From a virus, in the IMG/VR virus record IMGVR_UViG_3300032323_003754, positions 1 to 64,000 of that record: a stretch of 64,000 bases of DNA; one strand, given 5' to 3'. A program made the translations under genes and the position numbers. Positions 18,118-27,900 of the stretch are shown here, in pieces. Numbering within the stretch: position 1 is the first letter of the stretch; each line of letters begins with the position of its first letter. The notes under the pieces are model-generated. The model made no database searches. It saw only the letters and a list, made by a program, of their open reading frames with translations, and had not been told where the DNA came from.

Positions 18118-19971
18118 ATGTCAACAGAAGGAGTACAAAATGTCAGGGGAACAGCATCAGAAAGTGCTACTAACGTTCAAGTAAGATCTGATAACACATC
18201 AAAGACATTTGATAAATCGATTGACAAGAGTTCCGAACTCGAAGGGTTAATCTATAAGTTTAACAGCGACAATGAATATGGTGTTTTTGAGAATGTTAGT
18301 GATGCAGTTACAACTCTTCCTTCTTCTTTGTTTTTTGAGGCTCAATCCTCGGAAGATGGTAGATTAGGACTTTTTAACTATTATGTCATTGGTGATATTA
18401 GAAGTTCAACCGACGGTAAAGGAAAGATAACATACGTACAATCCGAAAGATTTGAGCAAAACCAAGTAGTAACTCCGGAGATAAGTAGAAACCCAACCGC
18501 CAATGCTATTATACAAGCAACAACAGTTAATGGGGCATATTTAGATCCCAGAAGTAAGTATGTGTCTCAACCATATAATGTCAAAGACTTTATATTTTGT
18601 AAGCACTATGGAGTTATTCCTAATAACAGGATGATAACATTAAGGAGATTTCCTAATGCTGTTATGGATAATCTAAGAGTTCCTACGCCAGGGCAAAGGG
18701 TTGAAGCGGTTGATAAAGGGGGAAAGTTACAAGGACAATACACTGAGGGTTCATCAATCTCTACGAGTGAGATGATTAAAGATGGTGCATGTTTACCAAT
18801 AGCTCAAGCAGTTACATTCTTTGGTGCAGATACAAGTAACAGCCTAGATTCTATATTAGGAATAAGCACCGGATTAAGCTTTAAATCTGCGGATCAGGAG
18901 AGACTTAAAAAAGCTTACGGGAACGACAAAGGGTTTATGCAAAGTACACTTGGTAAATACATTGAGGCCCTAGCTGGTAGCGAACTAACTGGTAATCTTA
19001 AGGGAATTAGTAATGCCATAGGAGTTATAACCGATCCGGATAACGTTGAATTAAGACAAAGAAGGGAGTTATTCGATAAGTTAACACAAGGCGATGGTCC
19101 ATTAAGTAAAAGAATTTTTGTCGATGTTAATACCGTCAACCAAATGATGATAAGAGATGTAGGTTTTACTGGGGGAGATCAATCATTTAATCTCACTTTT
19201 AACTACAGTCTTACCAGTGTTGGAGAGATTAATAGTAGAATGATGTTTATAGATTTAATGGCAAATCTATTAGCAATTGGCAGTGACTATGGTAAATTTT
19301 TAGTACCTCAATTATTAGTAGGATCAAATAAACAAGGTATTGGATTTCCTGGAGGTTCTAAGGGATTTGTTAAACATCTAACACACCCGGTAGAATTTCT
19401 AAATGATATGCTTAAACTTAACTTCGAGGCTGAGGTAAAATCTAAGATAGAAAACATAAACGGCACTTTAGAAAAATCTAAAGCAGAGATTCAAGGTCTA
19501 AGTAAAGGACAACCCCTTCCTAAAGACGGGCAGGTTTACAAAACGTTAACTGCAATGCTAACCAATGATTTAGTAAACCAGTTAATCTATGAGCCTATAA
19601 TGCTTTCCGGATATCCAACCGGTGAGTGGCACGTTGTCGTAGGAAATCCGCTGAATCCTATTGCTATGATTGGAAATCTAATATGCACTAACGTTACCAT
19701 TAAACTTAATAACGTTTTAGGACCTGATGATTTTCCAACGGAGTTAACTGCGGTCTTTAGTATGAAAGCAGCAAGACAGAAACACAGGGGTGATTTTGAA
19801 AGCATGTTTAATAGAGGCAATGGAAGATTATATCTCGGTAAACTGCCAATCTCTGATGCTACACTTAACGCCCAAGTTGGTGCACTTAGCGGTAATGATA
19901 TACAAGGACAATTATCAGGTAACACCAGAACCGATGCGGGTATGTTTGCATCAAACCCTGATGGCCAATAA
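18118..19971 (+). CDS. Virion structural protein, possible tail-tube initiator/baseplate component
   Basis: 617 aa at the head of the baseplate operon; tube-like C-terminal pattern GEWHVVVGNP..PIAMIGNLIC...DDFPTEL. Confidence 0.45.
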   Translation: MSTEGVQNVRGTASESATNVQVRSDNTSKTFDKSIDKSSELEGLIYKFNSDNEYGVFENVSDAVTTLPSSLFFEAQSSEDGRLGLFNYYVIGDIRSSTDGKGKITYVQSERFEQNQVVTPEISRNPTANAIIQATTVNGAYLDPRSKYVSQPYNVKDFIFCKHYGVIPNNRMITLRRFPNAVMDNLRVPTPGQRVEAVDKGGKLQGQYTEGSSISTSEMIKDGACLPIAQAVTFFGADTSNSLDSILGISTGLSFKSADQERLKKAYGNDKGFMQSTLGKYIEALAGSELTGNLKGISNAIGVITDPDNVELRQRRELFDKLTQGDGPLSKRIFVDVNTVNQMMIRDVGFTGGDQSFNLTFNYSLTSVGEINSRMMFIDLMANLLAIGSDYGKFLVPQLLVGSNKQGIGFPGGSKGFVKHLTHPVEFLNDMLKLNFEAEVKSKIENINGTLEKSKAEIQGLSKGQPLPKDGQVYKTLTAMLTNDLVNQLIYEPIMLSGYPTGEWHVVVGNPLNPIAMIGNLICTNVTIKLNNVLGPDDFPTELTAVFSMKAARQKHRGDFESMFNRGNGRLYLGKLPISDATLNAQVGALSGNDIQGQLSGNTRTDAGMFASNPDGQ

Positions 19972-19984
19972 TAATTAAAATCTG

Positions 19985-20578
19985 ATGATCAGTATAGATA
20001 TTTTAAATAACAAGCAAGAAAAAATCATTAACGGTGTTAATGTGGTTGATCTAACAACTCAGTCGATTAATCAGGACGTTACACCGGGATATTCTAGGTT
20101 TATAGTTACCACTGAAGAAATGACAATGAGAGCAGATCTTGTTTCTCATATGTATTGTGGGAGTCATGATAAAATGGGGACACTTTTAAAAATAAACTCA
20201 ATAGGTAATCCATTTTCGCTTGATAGTAATGAGGTTCTATTTATACCGGATTCCCCAACATTAAGTAATCTTCCAAGAAAACCAGCAGGAGAAGAACAAG
20301 GGGAGGTTAGAAAATCTTTTAGAAAACAACTACAGGAAAGAGTATCAAAAGTGTCCGAGAACAGAAAAGAATACCTTAATTCGGTAAGTATTAGTGAGGC
20401 AACACAAGTACCATTACCTCCTAACGTTGCACAGGAGGGATCAGAGCAATTTAAAGTTGAAAATGGAAAACTTATTTTTGGATCTGATATAGGAGTTTGT
20501 AGAACAAAAATACAACAGAACAGATCTGTTGCAACCATAAAATCAAGATTTGCTCAAAGACAAATTTTTGAATCATGA
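19985..20578 (+). CDS. Baseplate wedge protein (T4 gp53/LysM-like)
   Basis: RADLVSHMYCGS...LLKINSIGNPFSL...VLFIP pattern. Confidence 0.6.
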   Translation: MISIDILNNKQEKIINGVNVVDLTTQSINQDVTPGYSRFIVTTEEMTMRADLVSHMYCGSHDKMGTLLKINSIGNPFSLDSNEVLFIPDSPTLSNLPRKPAGEEQGEVRKSFRKQLQERVSKVSENRKEYLNSVSISEATQVPLPPNVAQEGSEQFKVENGKLIFGSDIGVCRTKIQQNRSVATIKSRFAQRQIFES

Positions 20579-22086
20579 TAGACAGCAAAAAGACAATAGT
20601 ACAATTAGATAAAGAAACTATAGTTCTTGATGAACTTTCTATTATAGATGAAATAGGATCATCCGATAAAAAAAAGGTTGAAACAACAGGAGCTAGAGAA
20701 GAAACATCGATAGGCTTTGGTGCTCCGTTGATTATCATAAACTCCTATATGGTTAGGAATATTGGATTTTTTAGACTAGATTTAAGCGAAAGAATACCCC
20801 AATTAATATTTAGATTTACCCCAGAAGACGAAAGTTTTCTTTATACCTCATATCCTAAAGATGGAGATGTTGTTGGTCTTTATATAAGAGCAACATCTGA
20901 GCTTTATAAACCAATAAGAATGGACATGCTAGTGACTGAGGTTCTTAGTCATTTTTCAATGTCTCCTATACCAGAAGACAGAGCAAACTCGTCTGGTGCA
21001 TCTTTCACAATTAAAGCTCAAATGAGAATTCCTTCTCTATTTCAGCACATCTCTAAATCTTTTATAAATAAAACATCGTTTGAAACATTAAGAGAAATAG
21101 CAAAAGATCTTGGACTAGGGTTTGCGTCTAACGAGAGAAATACTAACGACAGGATGAACTGGATATGTCCGAGTAAAACCTATTATAAATTCATGGAGGA
21201 TGTAGGTAATTCTTCTTGGCTAGGCGAGGAAGATTTTTTTGATTGGTGGATAGATCAATATTATGTTTTAAATTTTGTAAATCTCAGAAAGCAATTATTA
21301 GAAAAAAGTAAAGATGAGACTAAGATATTAGCAGCAATAGGAACCGAAAATGGAATTAGCGGAGGATTAAATGGAAATATTAAACCCAGTGAAATATCTA
21401 TGCCTTTACTTATAACAAACGATTCTTATTACAAAGAGTATCCTTTTTATATAACAGCTTATTCTGTTAAAAATTCATCCGGATATATTACAAACAATTT
21501 TGGATATTCTAGAGACTTAGAGTTTTATGATACTAGATTAGTTAGCGATAGACCTGTTAATAAATTTGTAAGTTATAATATTGAATATGTGACCCAAAAG
21601 AGTCTAGATCCTAGCAGTATACTTTTTAAAGGAAGAGTAAATGAGGATGTTTACAAGAACGAGAGAAAAAAAACATGGGCAGGAACTCAATACGGAGAGA
21701 ATCAACACAAGAATATACAACAAGCTTTAGTTCAAAATAGACTTAACAGATATGAGAACTTTAAGGTGTATCTAGAAACAAAAATGCACGCATACGTTCC
21801 GTGGGTTTATAGAGGACAAACTATACCAACCAGAATAGTTCATATGGATTCTATAACTGCAAGATCTAACTCAGTTGAAAGCAAACAGAATGATCCTATA
21901 GATGCTCAACAGCACGAGGCTGGTAAAAAAGTAGATAATAAGTTTTTAAGTGGTGTGTATATGATCATGGGTTCTTATATTGAGTATATAGACAGTAGAA
22001 TTACCCAGTCTTTTGTTTTAGGAAAAAGAGAATGGTTAATCAACGATGGAAGGGGATCAGATCCTGGACCTAAAGTATCTAAATAA
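20575..22086 (+). CDS. Putative baseplate hub protein (gp27-like)
   Basis: TSFETLREIAKDLGLGF, D.MNWICP, WIDQYY, FLSGVYMI; position between gp53-like and gp5-like genes. Confidence 0.5.
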   Translation: MIDSKKTIVQLDKETIVLDELSIIDEIGSSDKKKVETTGAREETSIGFGAPLIIINSYMVRNIGFFRLDLSERIPQLIFRFTPEDESFLYTSYPKDGDVVGLYIRATSELYKPIRMDMLVTEVLSHFSMSPIPEDRANSSGASFTIKAQMRIPSLFQHISKSFINKTSFETLREIAKDLGLGFASNERNTNDRMNWICPSKTYYKFMEDVGNSSWLGEEDFFDWWIDQYYVLNFVNLRKQLLEKSKDETKILAAIGTENGISGGLNGNIKPSEISMPLLITNDSYYKEYPFYITAYSVKNSSGYITNNFGYSRDLEFYDTRLVSDRPVNKFVSYNIEYVTQKSLDPSSILFKGRVNEDVYKNERKKTWAGTQYGENQHKNIQQALVQNRLNRYENFKVYLETKMHAYVPWVYRGQTIPTRIVHMDSITARSNSVESKQNDPIDAQQHEAGKKVDNKFLSGVYMIMGSYIEYIDSRITQSFVLGKREWLINDGRGSDPGPKVSK

Positions 22087-22089
22087 AAA

Positions 22090-24168
22090 ATGGCAAGTTT
22101 TTTAAACGAAATTAAGGATAATCTCAGCAGTGTAACTGATCCCAATCAGATACTAAACCGTGGTGTAGATAAGCAAAGAACCACTTTTCTTAAGGGATTA
22201 AAATCAACGTCTTCTGGACAAAAAGAGGATCCAACTTATACCGGATTTAGAATAATGTTTGATATGGGACATAATGGATTAGTAGATCCTGAGACATTTC
22301 TTCCAATAAGTCCTTTATTCTCTAACGGAAGAAGTGGAGAGGGAAATCCTAAAATGATGAAGATGGACGGATCCGTAGATTTTTTCCATCTATCCAGACA
22401 AAAAATGTATCCATTTCCTAACTATACCGAAAAGATGCACTATATGACTGCTGAAGGATATCTTAGACAAAGAAGAAGCAAAGCAGAGAATGGACTAGGC
22501 GGGAATTTAACAGATAACACTGGTAGAGTTATAGCCGGAGATAGAAGTCAAATAAATGACAGTTCTATATCACATAGAGCAGACTCTTTAGTTGGATTTA
22601 AAAATTTATTAACTAGTATTAACGAAAAAAGTCCTTGGTTTATTCAATCCATAGAGGGTCTTGATAAAGTATTAAGTGTTACACCTCCTAGACAAATTGG
22701 TGGGGGATCTTCGTACAGGGAACAAAGATCTGGAATTTTAACTTTTGATTGTATGGATTCCATTGATTTAAGAATTAATGCAATGGCAGAGCTTTATAGA
22801 AAAGCAACATACGATTATCAAAATCACAGAGAATTACTACCGGCTAACTTAAGAAAGTTTAGAATGTGGATTATAGTAACGGAGATTAGACAGATAGATT
22901 TACAGAAAAACCTAGGAGATGTTTTAAATCCATTTAATATGCCAGGTGTTTCAAGTGCTGTTGAATCAATCCGTAACATAGCAAGCTCTGCTGGTGTATT
23001 GAAAGATAAATCTACCGAATCAGAAAATCCTAAGAGAGATTTGGAATCCTTTGTAAAATCCTTTGAGAGGATGCAGCCTTATATTATGATTTACCAATTA
23101 GATCTTTGCGAATTTAATTTTGATGAATCTTATGCGTTTGGAACTCTTTCTAATTCTAACCTTTCTTCCGGATCGCCAGTTAAAAATAGATTTAAAGTTC
23201 ACGTTGGAGCTGCTAAAGAATATAAGTTACAATACAATATACTTTCAGATCTAATTAGAAACGAATCTATATTTGCTCCAATATTAATACAGGATAGTTG
23301 GAATTTACTTGGATCTAAAATTCTAATGAAGAATGCAACTACCGATAACAATACGAATCTTTTTAGAAACCTAGCAAGCAACTTCATTAACAATTCAGTT
23401 GCTTCTGTAGTACAACAACAGGTTTCTCCTATTGTTACGGGAGCTCTTCTAGGAAATGCCTACGGATTTAGATTATCAGATGCTGTCAGATCCCTTAATT
23501 CAGTTCAAGATGCAGTTAATGGTCTAAGTAACATAAGATCTCCATTTCAGAATTCAACCCCGCAGGCTAACGGTCTTGGCGGACCTAGTGAAAGACAATA
23601 TCAGGTAGTAAGGGAGGATGTTTATCCAAATAATGCTAATCCACCAGCAGGGGGGAGTCTTGGAAATATTTTACCTGGTGGGGGAGCTCCTGGAACAGTG
23701 GGAGCTAATGATGTTTATCCGAATAGCCCAGGTAGTGATCTTGGATTACCGTCTAGAATTTATCCAAAATCTAATGATGATGTATACAGAAACGTAGGTG
23801 GAGATCTTACTAATAGTGATCTTGGTGTACCGGATAGGGTCTATTCAAATCTGCCAAAAGAGGACGTTTATCCAAATAGCCCAGGAAGTGATTTAGGACT
23901 TCCAAAAAGAATCTATGTGACTACTAAGAACGAGGATCTTTATTCAGATTCACCAGGTAAGGATCTTGGTGTACCTGATAGGGTATACAGACAAAGCGAT
24001 GGTGGAAACATGGATCTCTATCCAGATTCTCCAGGAACTAGCTTAGGTCTACCTGATAGATCGTATCCAAATAACAGCGGTGATGATCAATATCCTGACT
24101 CTCCAGGAAGTGATCTTGGTGTACCGACCAGGAACTATAAAACAATCAACGAAAGAGTGTATAAATAG
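22090..24168 (+). CDS. Virion structural protein with C-terminal tandem repeats
   Basis: EDPTYTGF N-terminal motif, PWFIQSIEGL, LPANLRKF (tube/gp54-like guess); repeat tail. Confidence 0.55.
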   Translation: MASFLNEIKDNLSSVTDPNQILNRGVDKQRTTFLKGLKSTSSGQKEDPTYTGFRIMFDMGHNGLVDPETFLPISPLFSNGRSGEGNPKMMKMDGSVDFFHLSRQKMYPFPNYTEKMHYMTAEGYLRQRRSKAENGLGGNLTDNTGRVIAGDRSQINDSSISHRADSLVGFKNLLTSINEKSPWFIQSIEGLDKVLSVTPPRQIGGGSSYREQRSGILTFDCMDSIDLRINAMAELYRKATYDYQNHRELLPANLRKFRMWIIVTEIRQIDLQKNLGDVLNPFNMPGVSSAVESIRNIASSAGVLKDKSTESENPKRDLESFVKSFERMQPYIMIYQLDLCEFNFDESYAFGTLSNSNLSSGSPVKNRFKVHVGAAKEYKLQYNILSDLIRNESIFAPILIQDSWNLLGSKILMKNATTDNNTNLFRNLASNFINNSVASVVQQQVSPIVTGALLGNAYGFRLSDAVRSLNSVQDAVNGLSNIRSPFQNSTPQANGLGGPSERQYQVVREDVYPNNANPPAGGSLGNILPGGGAPGTVGANDVYPNSPGSDLGLPSRIYPKSNDDVYRNVGGDLTNSDLGVPDRVYSNLPKEDVYPNSPGSDLGLPKRIYVTTKNEDLYSDSPGKDLGVPDRVYRQSDGGNMDLYPDSPGTSLGLPDRSYPNNSGDDQYPDSPGSDLGVPTRNYKTINERVYK
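23710..24150 (+). repeat. Six ~23-28 aa repeats D(V/L)YP(N/D)SPGSDLG(L/V)PxRxY
   Basis: Directly visible in the translation of 22090..24168. Confidence 0.85.
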
Positions 24169-24184
24169 GGGTTTTAGAAACAGG

Positions 24185-24192
24185 GATAAATA
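24185..24192 (+). promoter_or_regulatory. Putative late promoter variant GATAAATA
   Basis: 18 nt upstream of the gp5-like ATG at 24211; one base from T4 late TATAAATA. Confidence 0.5.
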
Positions 24193-24210
24193 AGGTAAAA
24201 TATTGTTTGT

Positions 24211-24990
24211 ATGCCTTTAGACAATCTCCAAGAATCCAATATAGAAAGAAGCCAGCATTTCCTTGGTGTAATCGTCGATAATAAAGATCCTGAATTCAGA
24301 GCAAGATGTAAAGTCAGGGTTTTTGGTGTTTTCGATGATATACAAGACCCGGATCTACCTTGGGCTTTTCAAAGATTTGATATTTCTTTCGGAGATAACG
24401 GAGGATCTGGTAGGGTAAGTATACCGAAATTAGGAGCAATTGTTCATGTTCAATTTAATAATGGTAATTATTATGCACCTGAATATAAAGCTGTACAAGA
24501 ACTTTCAGCAGATCTGATAGAAGAACTAAAAAGTTCTTATGAAGGAGCACATTCCTTAATATACGATGGTATAGAAAATCTTAGAATATTTTATACAGTT
24601 GCAAAAGGACTAACAATAGACTTAAAAGACTCAACCGTTGTTATATCTAATGATAATTCTATAACATTTACCCACGCTGGTCAAACGTGTACCCTTGAAT
24701 TTAGAGGTGGAAAAATAACAGAGTTTGCAAATTCTGAAATCGAAAGCACCGCAACTACTAGAATTAAACAAAGTAGTAATGAAGTTTGGGTTGATGGAAA
24801 GGTAACTAAACTTGGACACTCCCCAGTATACTCTGCGGTACTTGCGGAACCTCTCTGGATGTTTTTAAAACAGATGGCTTCTGCAATAGACGCAAAACTT
24901 CCTTCTACACCTGGTGCTATGTCTAGTTTAGCAGAGAGCTATGAACAGCTATCAACATCCGATGTAGTTAAGGTAACAAAGAGCAATTAG
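24211..24990 (+). CDS. Baseplate central spike (gp5/gpV-like, OB-fold + beta-helix)
   Basis: FLGVIVDNKDPEFRARCKVRVFG...LPWA...SIPKLGAIVHVQF.NGN...P.Y is the gp5 N-terminal OB-fold signature; no lysozyme domain seen. Confidence 0.85.
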   Translation: MPLDNLQESNIERSQHFLGVIVDNKDPEFRARCKVRVFGVFDDIQDPDLPWAFQRFDISFGDNGGSGRVSIPKLGAIVHVQFNNGNYYAPEYKAVQELSADLIEELKSSYEGAHSLIYDGIENLRIFYTVAKGLTIDLKDSTVVISNDNSITFTHAGQTCTLEFRGGKITEFANSEIESTATTRIKQSSNEVWVDGKVTKLGHSPVYSAVLAEPLWMFLKQMASAIDAKLPSTPGAMSSLAESYEQLSTSDVVKVTKSN

Positions 24991-24995
24991 TCTAA

Positions 24996-27900
24996 ATGGA
25001 AATAAACCCGGATAAACTCCAAGATATAGTAGATCAAATCAAGAGCGGAAAAATAACTCCGCAGGATGCAGCAGGAATGTTGGGTGGGACATCAGACCCT
25101 ATACCTACTGACGAAGAGATTATAGCAAACGGTAAAGAATTGGAAAATTCTATAGTTCCTGTTCCTCTGATATTAAGCGATGATGATATTAACGATCTTA
25201 CGTGTACATATTCTGGTGAAGAATTAGCTAATAGAATGTTTTGGCTAATACTGGAAAGACAAGGATACCTTGACAGGATATCAGATGTTCCCGATTTTAG
25301 AACAAACAGGTCTTTCGATTCTTTTTTAACAAAAAAAGGATTGGAGATAGAATTAAACAGTGCCAAGGAAATGGTTTCTGATAATCTTGATCTGGATGGT
25401 ATAGGAATTAAATTTAGTGGGTCAAATAGAAAAGTAAGAAATTTCGGGATTGGACCTTTCCGGTTTCAAATTAATATTATAACAAATAAAGGAATACCCC
25501 TATTTTTTCATATTGCACCTCCTAAATTAAATCTAGGCCAAATAGTAGATAGAATAAAATCAAGAATTACCCCGTCAGAGGGAAAATGCAAACAATCTAC
25601 TATAGACGAGGATTCAATGCTTCAGTCGTTGCAAGAACTTTTAGACCAGGAAGAAGAAAATAGAAATCTTAACAATCTGGATAATATTGTGGACGAAGTA
25701 TTTTGTGAACCAAACATACCAATTAATCCAGAAACTGGGGAACCACTATTCACAGAGAAAGACCTTAAAACATTTATACAAGAAATATGTGAGCCCGAAC
25801 AGGAAACTCCAGAAGCACCTGTCATTCCAGAGATAGACATAGAGGATACTACTAAGTGTATAAATGAGACACTTTCACAGGCCAAGGGAATATTTAAAGA
25901 TGTTAGAAGTAATAATGAACTTAAATCTAGAAATGAAAAAGCAGAGAAGGAATTGGAGGAATTATTATATCACTATAGAATAATTCAAAATTTTTACAAT
26001 ACACTCAACTCTTCGTATAATCAAAAAATAAAAAACAAAAACAAGATAGATGCAGGGACGGTAACCCCATTAATAATAAAAAACAAAAGTTTAAGTTTTG
26101 TTAATGCGTTAAGATCTTTTTCTGTTAGATTCAGCGGAAGTGATTTTACTACTTCCGGGTATACCGGAATTAATTTTGCTCTTTCGTATCCAACAGGACT
26201 TGGTAAATCTATAGAATACGAAACGGTAAAATCAGATTCCTCTAGTGAGCTATTATCTGACACATACCAAACCATTGACATAACTAAATTACAGTTAGGA
26301 ATGGAGTTTTCAAAAAATGGTATACTAGGATCAGGAAATACCTCATTCTTAAAATCCTATAAAAATTTTATTACCTTAAAGGATCAAAATCCAAAGCTTA
26401 ATAGTGAATTTTTCTCTTTTGTTAGCGACGTACAAAATACCAATAAATCAAAAGATGAAATAATAAAATCCATAGAAAAGGATCATGGATTTTTGTATTC
26501 TAATTTGTTAGAATCATCTGCAAGTCCCTGGTTATTCTTTAATTCTACGGAAAGAGGAGATAATGATGCAAGAAAATCTGAGGATCTTAAACCGTCCAGC
26601 ACAGATAGTGACGGAAATCCAAACCCAGAGTTTATAAATTTTTGGGGGGATTATAAGATTTCTTGGGACAAAAAATACACAAGTAAACAGAAAGAGATAG
26701 ATCTCAAAATAGAGGAGATTAAAAAGATATCTGATGTCTTTGCAGAATCTCTTACTGATCACTATATAGTGTTTGGTAGCGGATTAGGCGACACACAAAA
26801 ATCTCTAAAAGAAACCTCAGATGCTATAGACGGAAGAGTTTTAGAGATAAAAAACCTATTGATGACTATCGGTGAATCTATACAAAAGCTTGACCAACAA
26901 AATTCTGGAGATACATTATCTTCTAGAGCATCTTCGATAAAGTGTGGAAAAAATGACGATCCTGGGGTTAAAGTAAAATGTCCATCAGACTGTTGTGGAC
27001 CTGCAGGATCTGGGTTAAATAAAGGATTAAATCCTAATACATCATACGGATCTGTAGATTGTCCAACTTTTTATACTAAATGTTATTGGAAGGAGTTTTC
27101 GAAAAAAGCTAATATAGTAGGATTACTCCCAGTATTAAACGGGGTTCCTCCTATTGAAAACCCAGCTCAATTCGCTCCTAATTTAGGAATGAAATATTGG
27201 CCAGTAGGATATCTACCGCCATCTTTTATTCCTCTACCTCCTCCGTTAGTTAATCCTCTAGACGGATTACCATTCATAAGAATACCAATGCCAATGATAT
27301 GGACAAAGGTAGATCCTATAGTTATACCTTTACCAGTAGGATTAATAGTAATATTCATTCCTTTTATAGGTGGGTTTATGCCTAGCCCTCTAGTATTTTT
27401 TTATGATTTCTTAACCGGTAATTCTATATTTCTTTTAGGTATGAGAGGTTTTAGATTTATCCCTAGAAAATCTGATCCTGTTATACCAGACCCGTTGGAA
27501 AATTACAAAAAGTTTTTATCTTTTGGTATACCTAATTATCTTTTCCCTTTTAGTAATCTAGGAGGTGATAACGTAGATTCTTCTGGAAGATTACTACAAG
27601 AAGTAATTTCTAATGTTGAAAAACAACTAACAAATGTACAGAAGAATGTTGATTTTTCTAAAATTCAAAAAGTACAGGATGACATTGCTAAAAAGAAAAA
27701 AGATTTAGAAGATGAAGCACTTGAACTGAAAAGAAAAAGCGCAATCGAAGGAAAGGAAGCATACAATGAGAAGAAGAAACAATTAGAAGAAATATCTAAA
27801 AGTTTTGATTCACTGAAAGAATCTTCGATAAAAGATACTCTTAAGGATCATTTAAAAAACTCTATAGATCTTCCTGATGTTACATTTCCTAAAAATTCAA

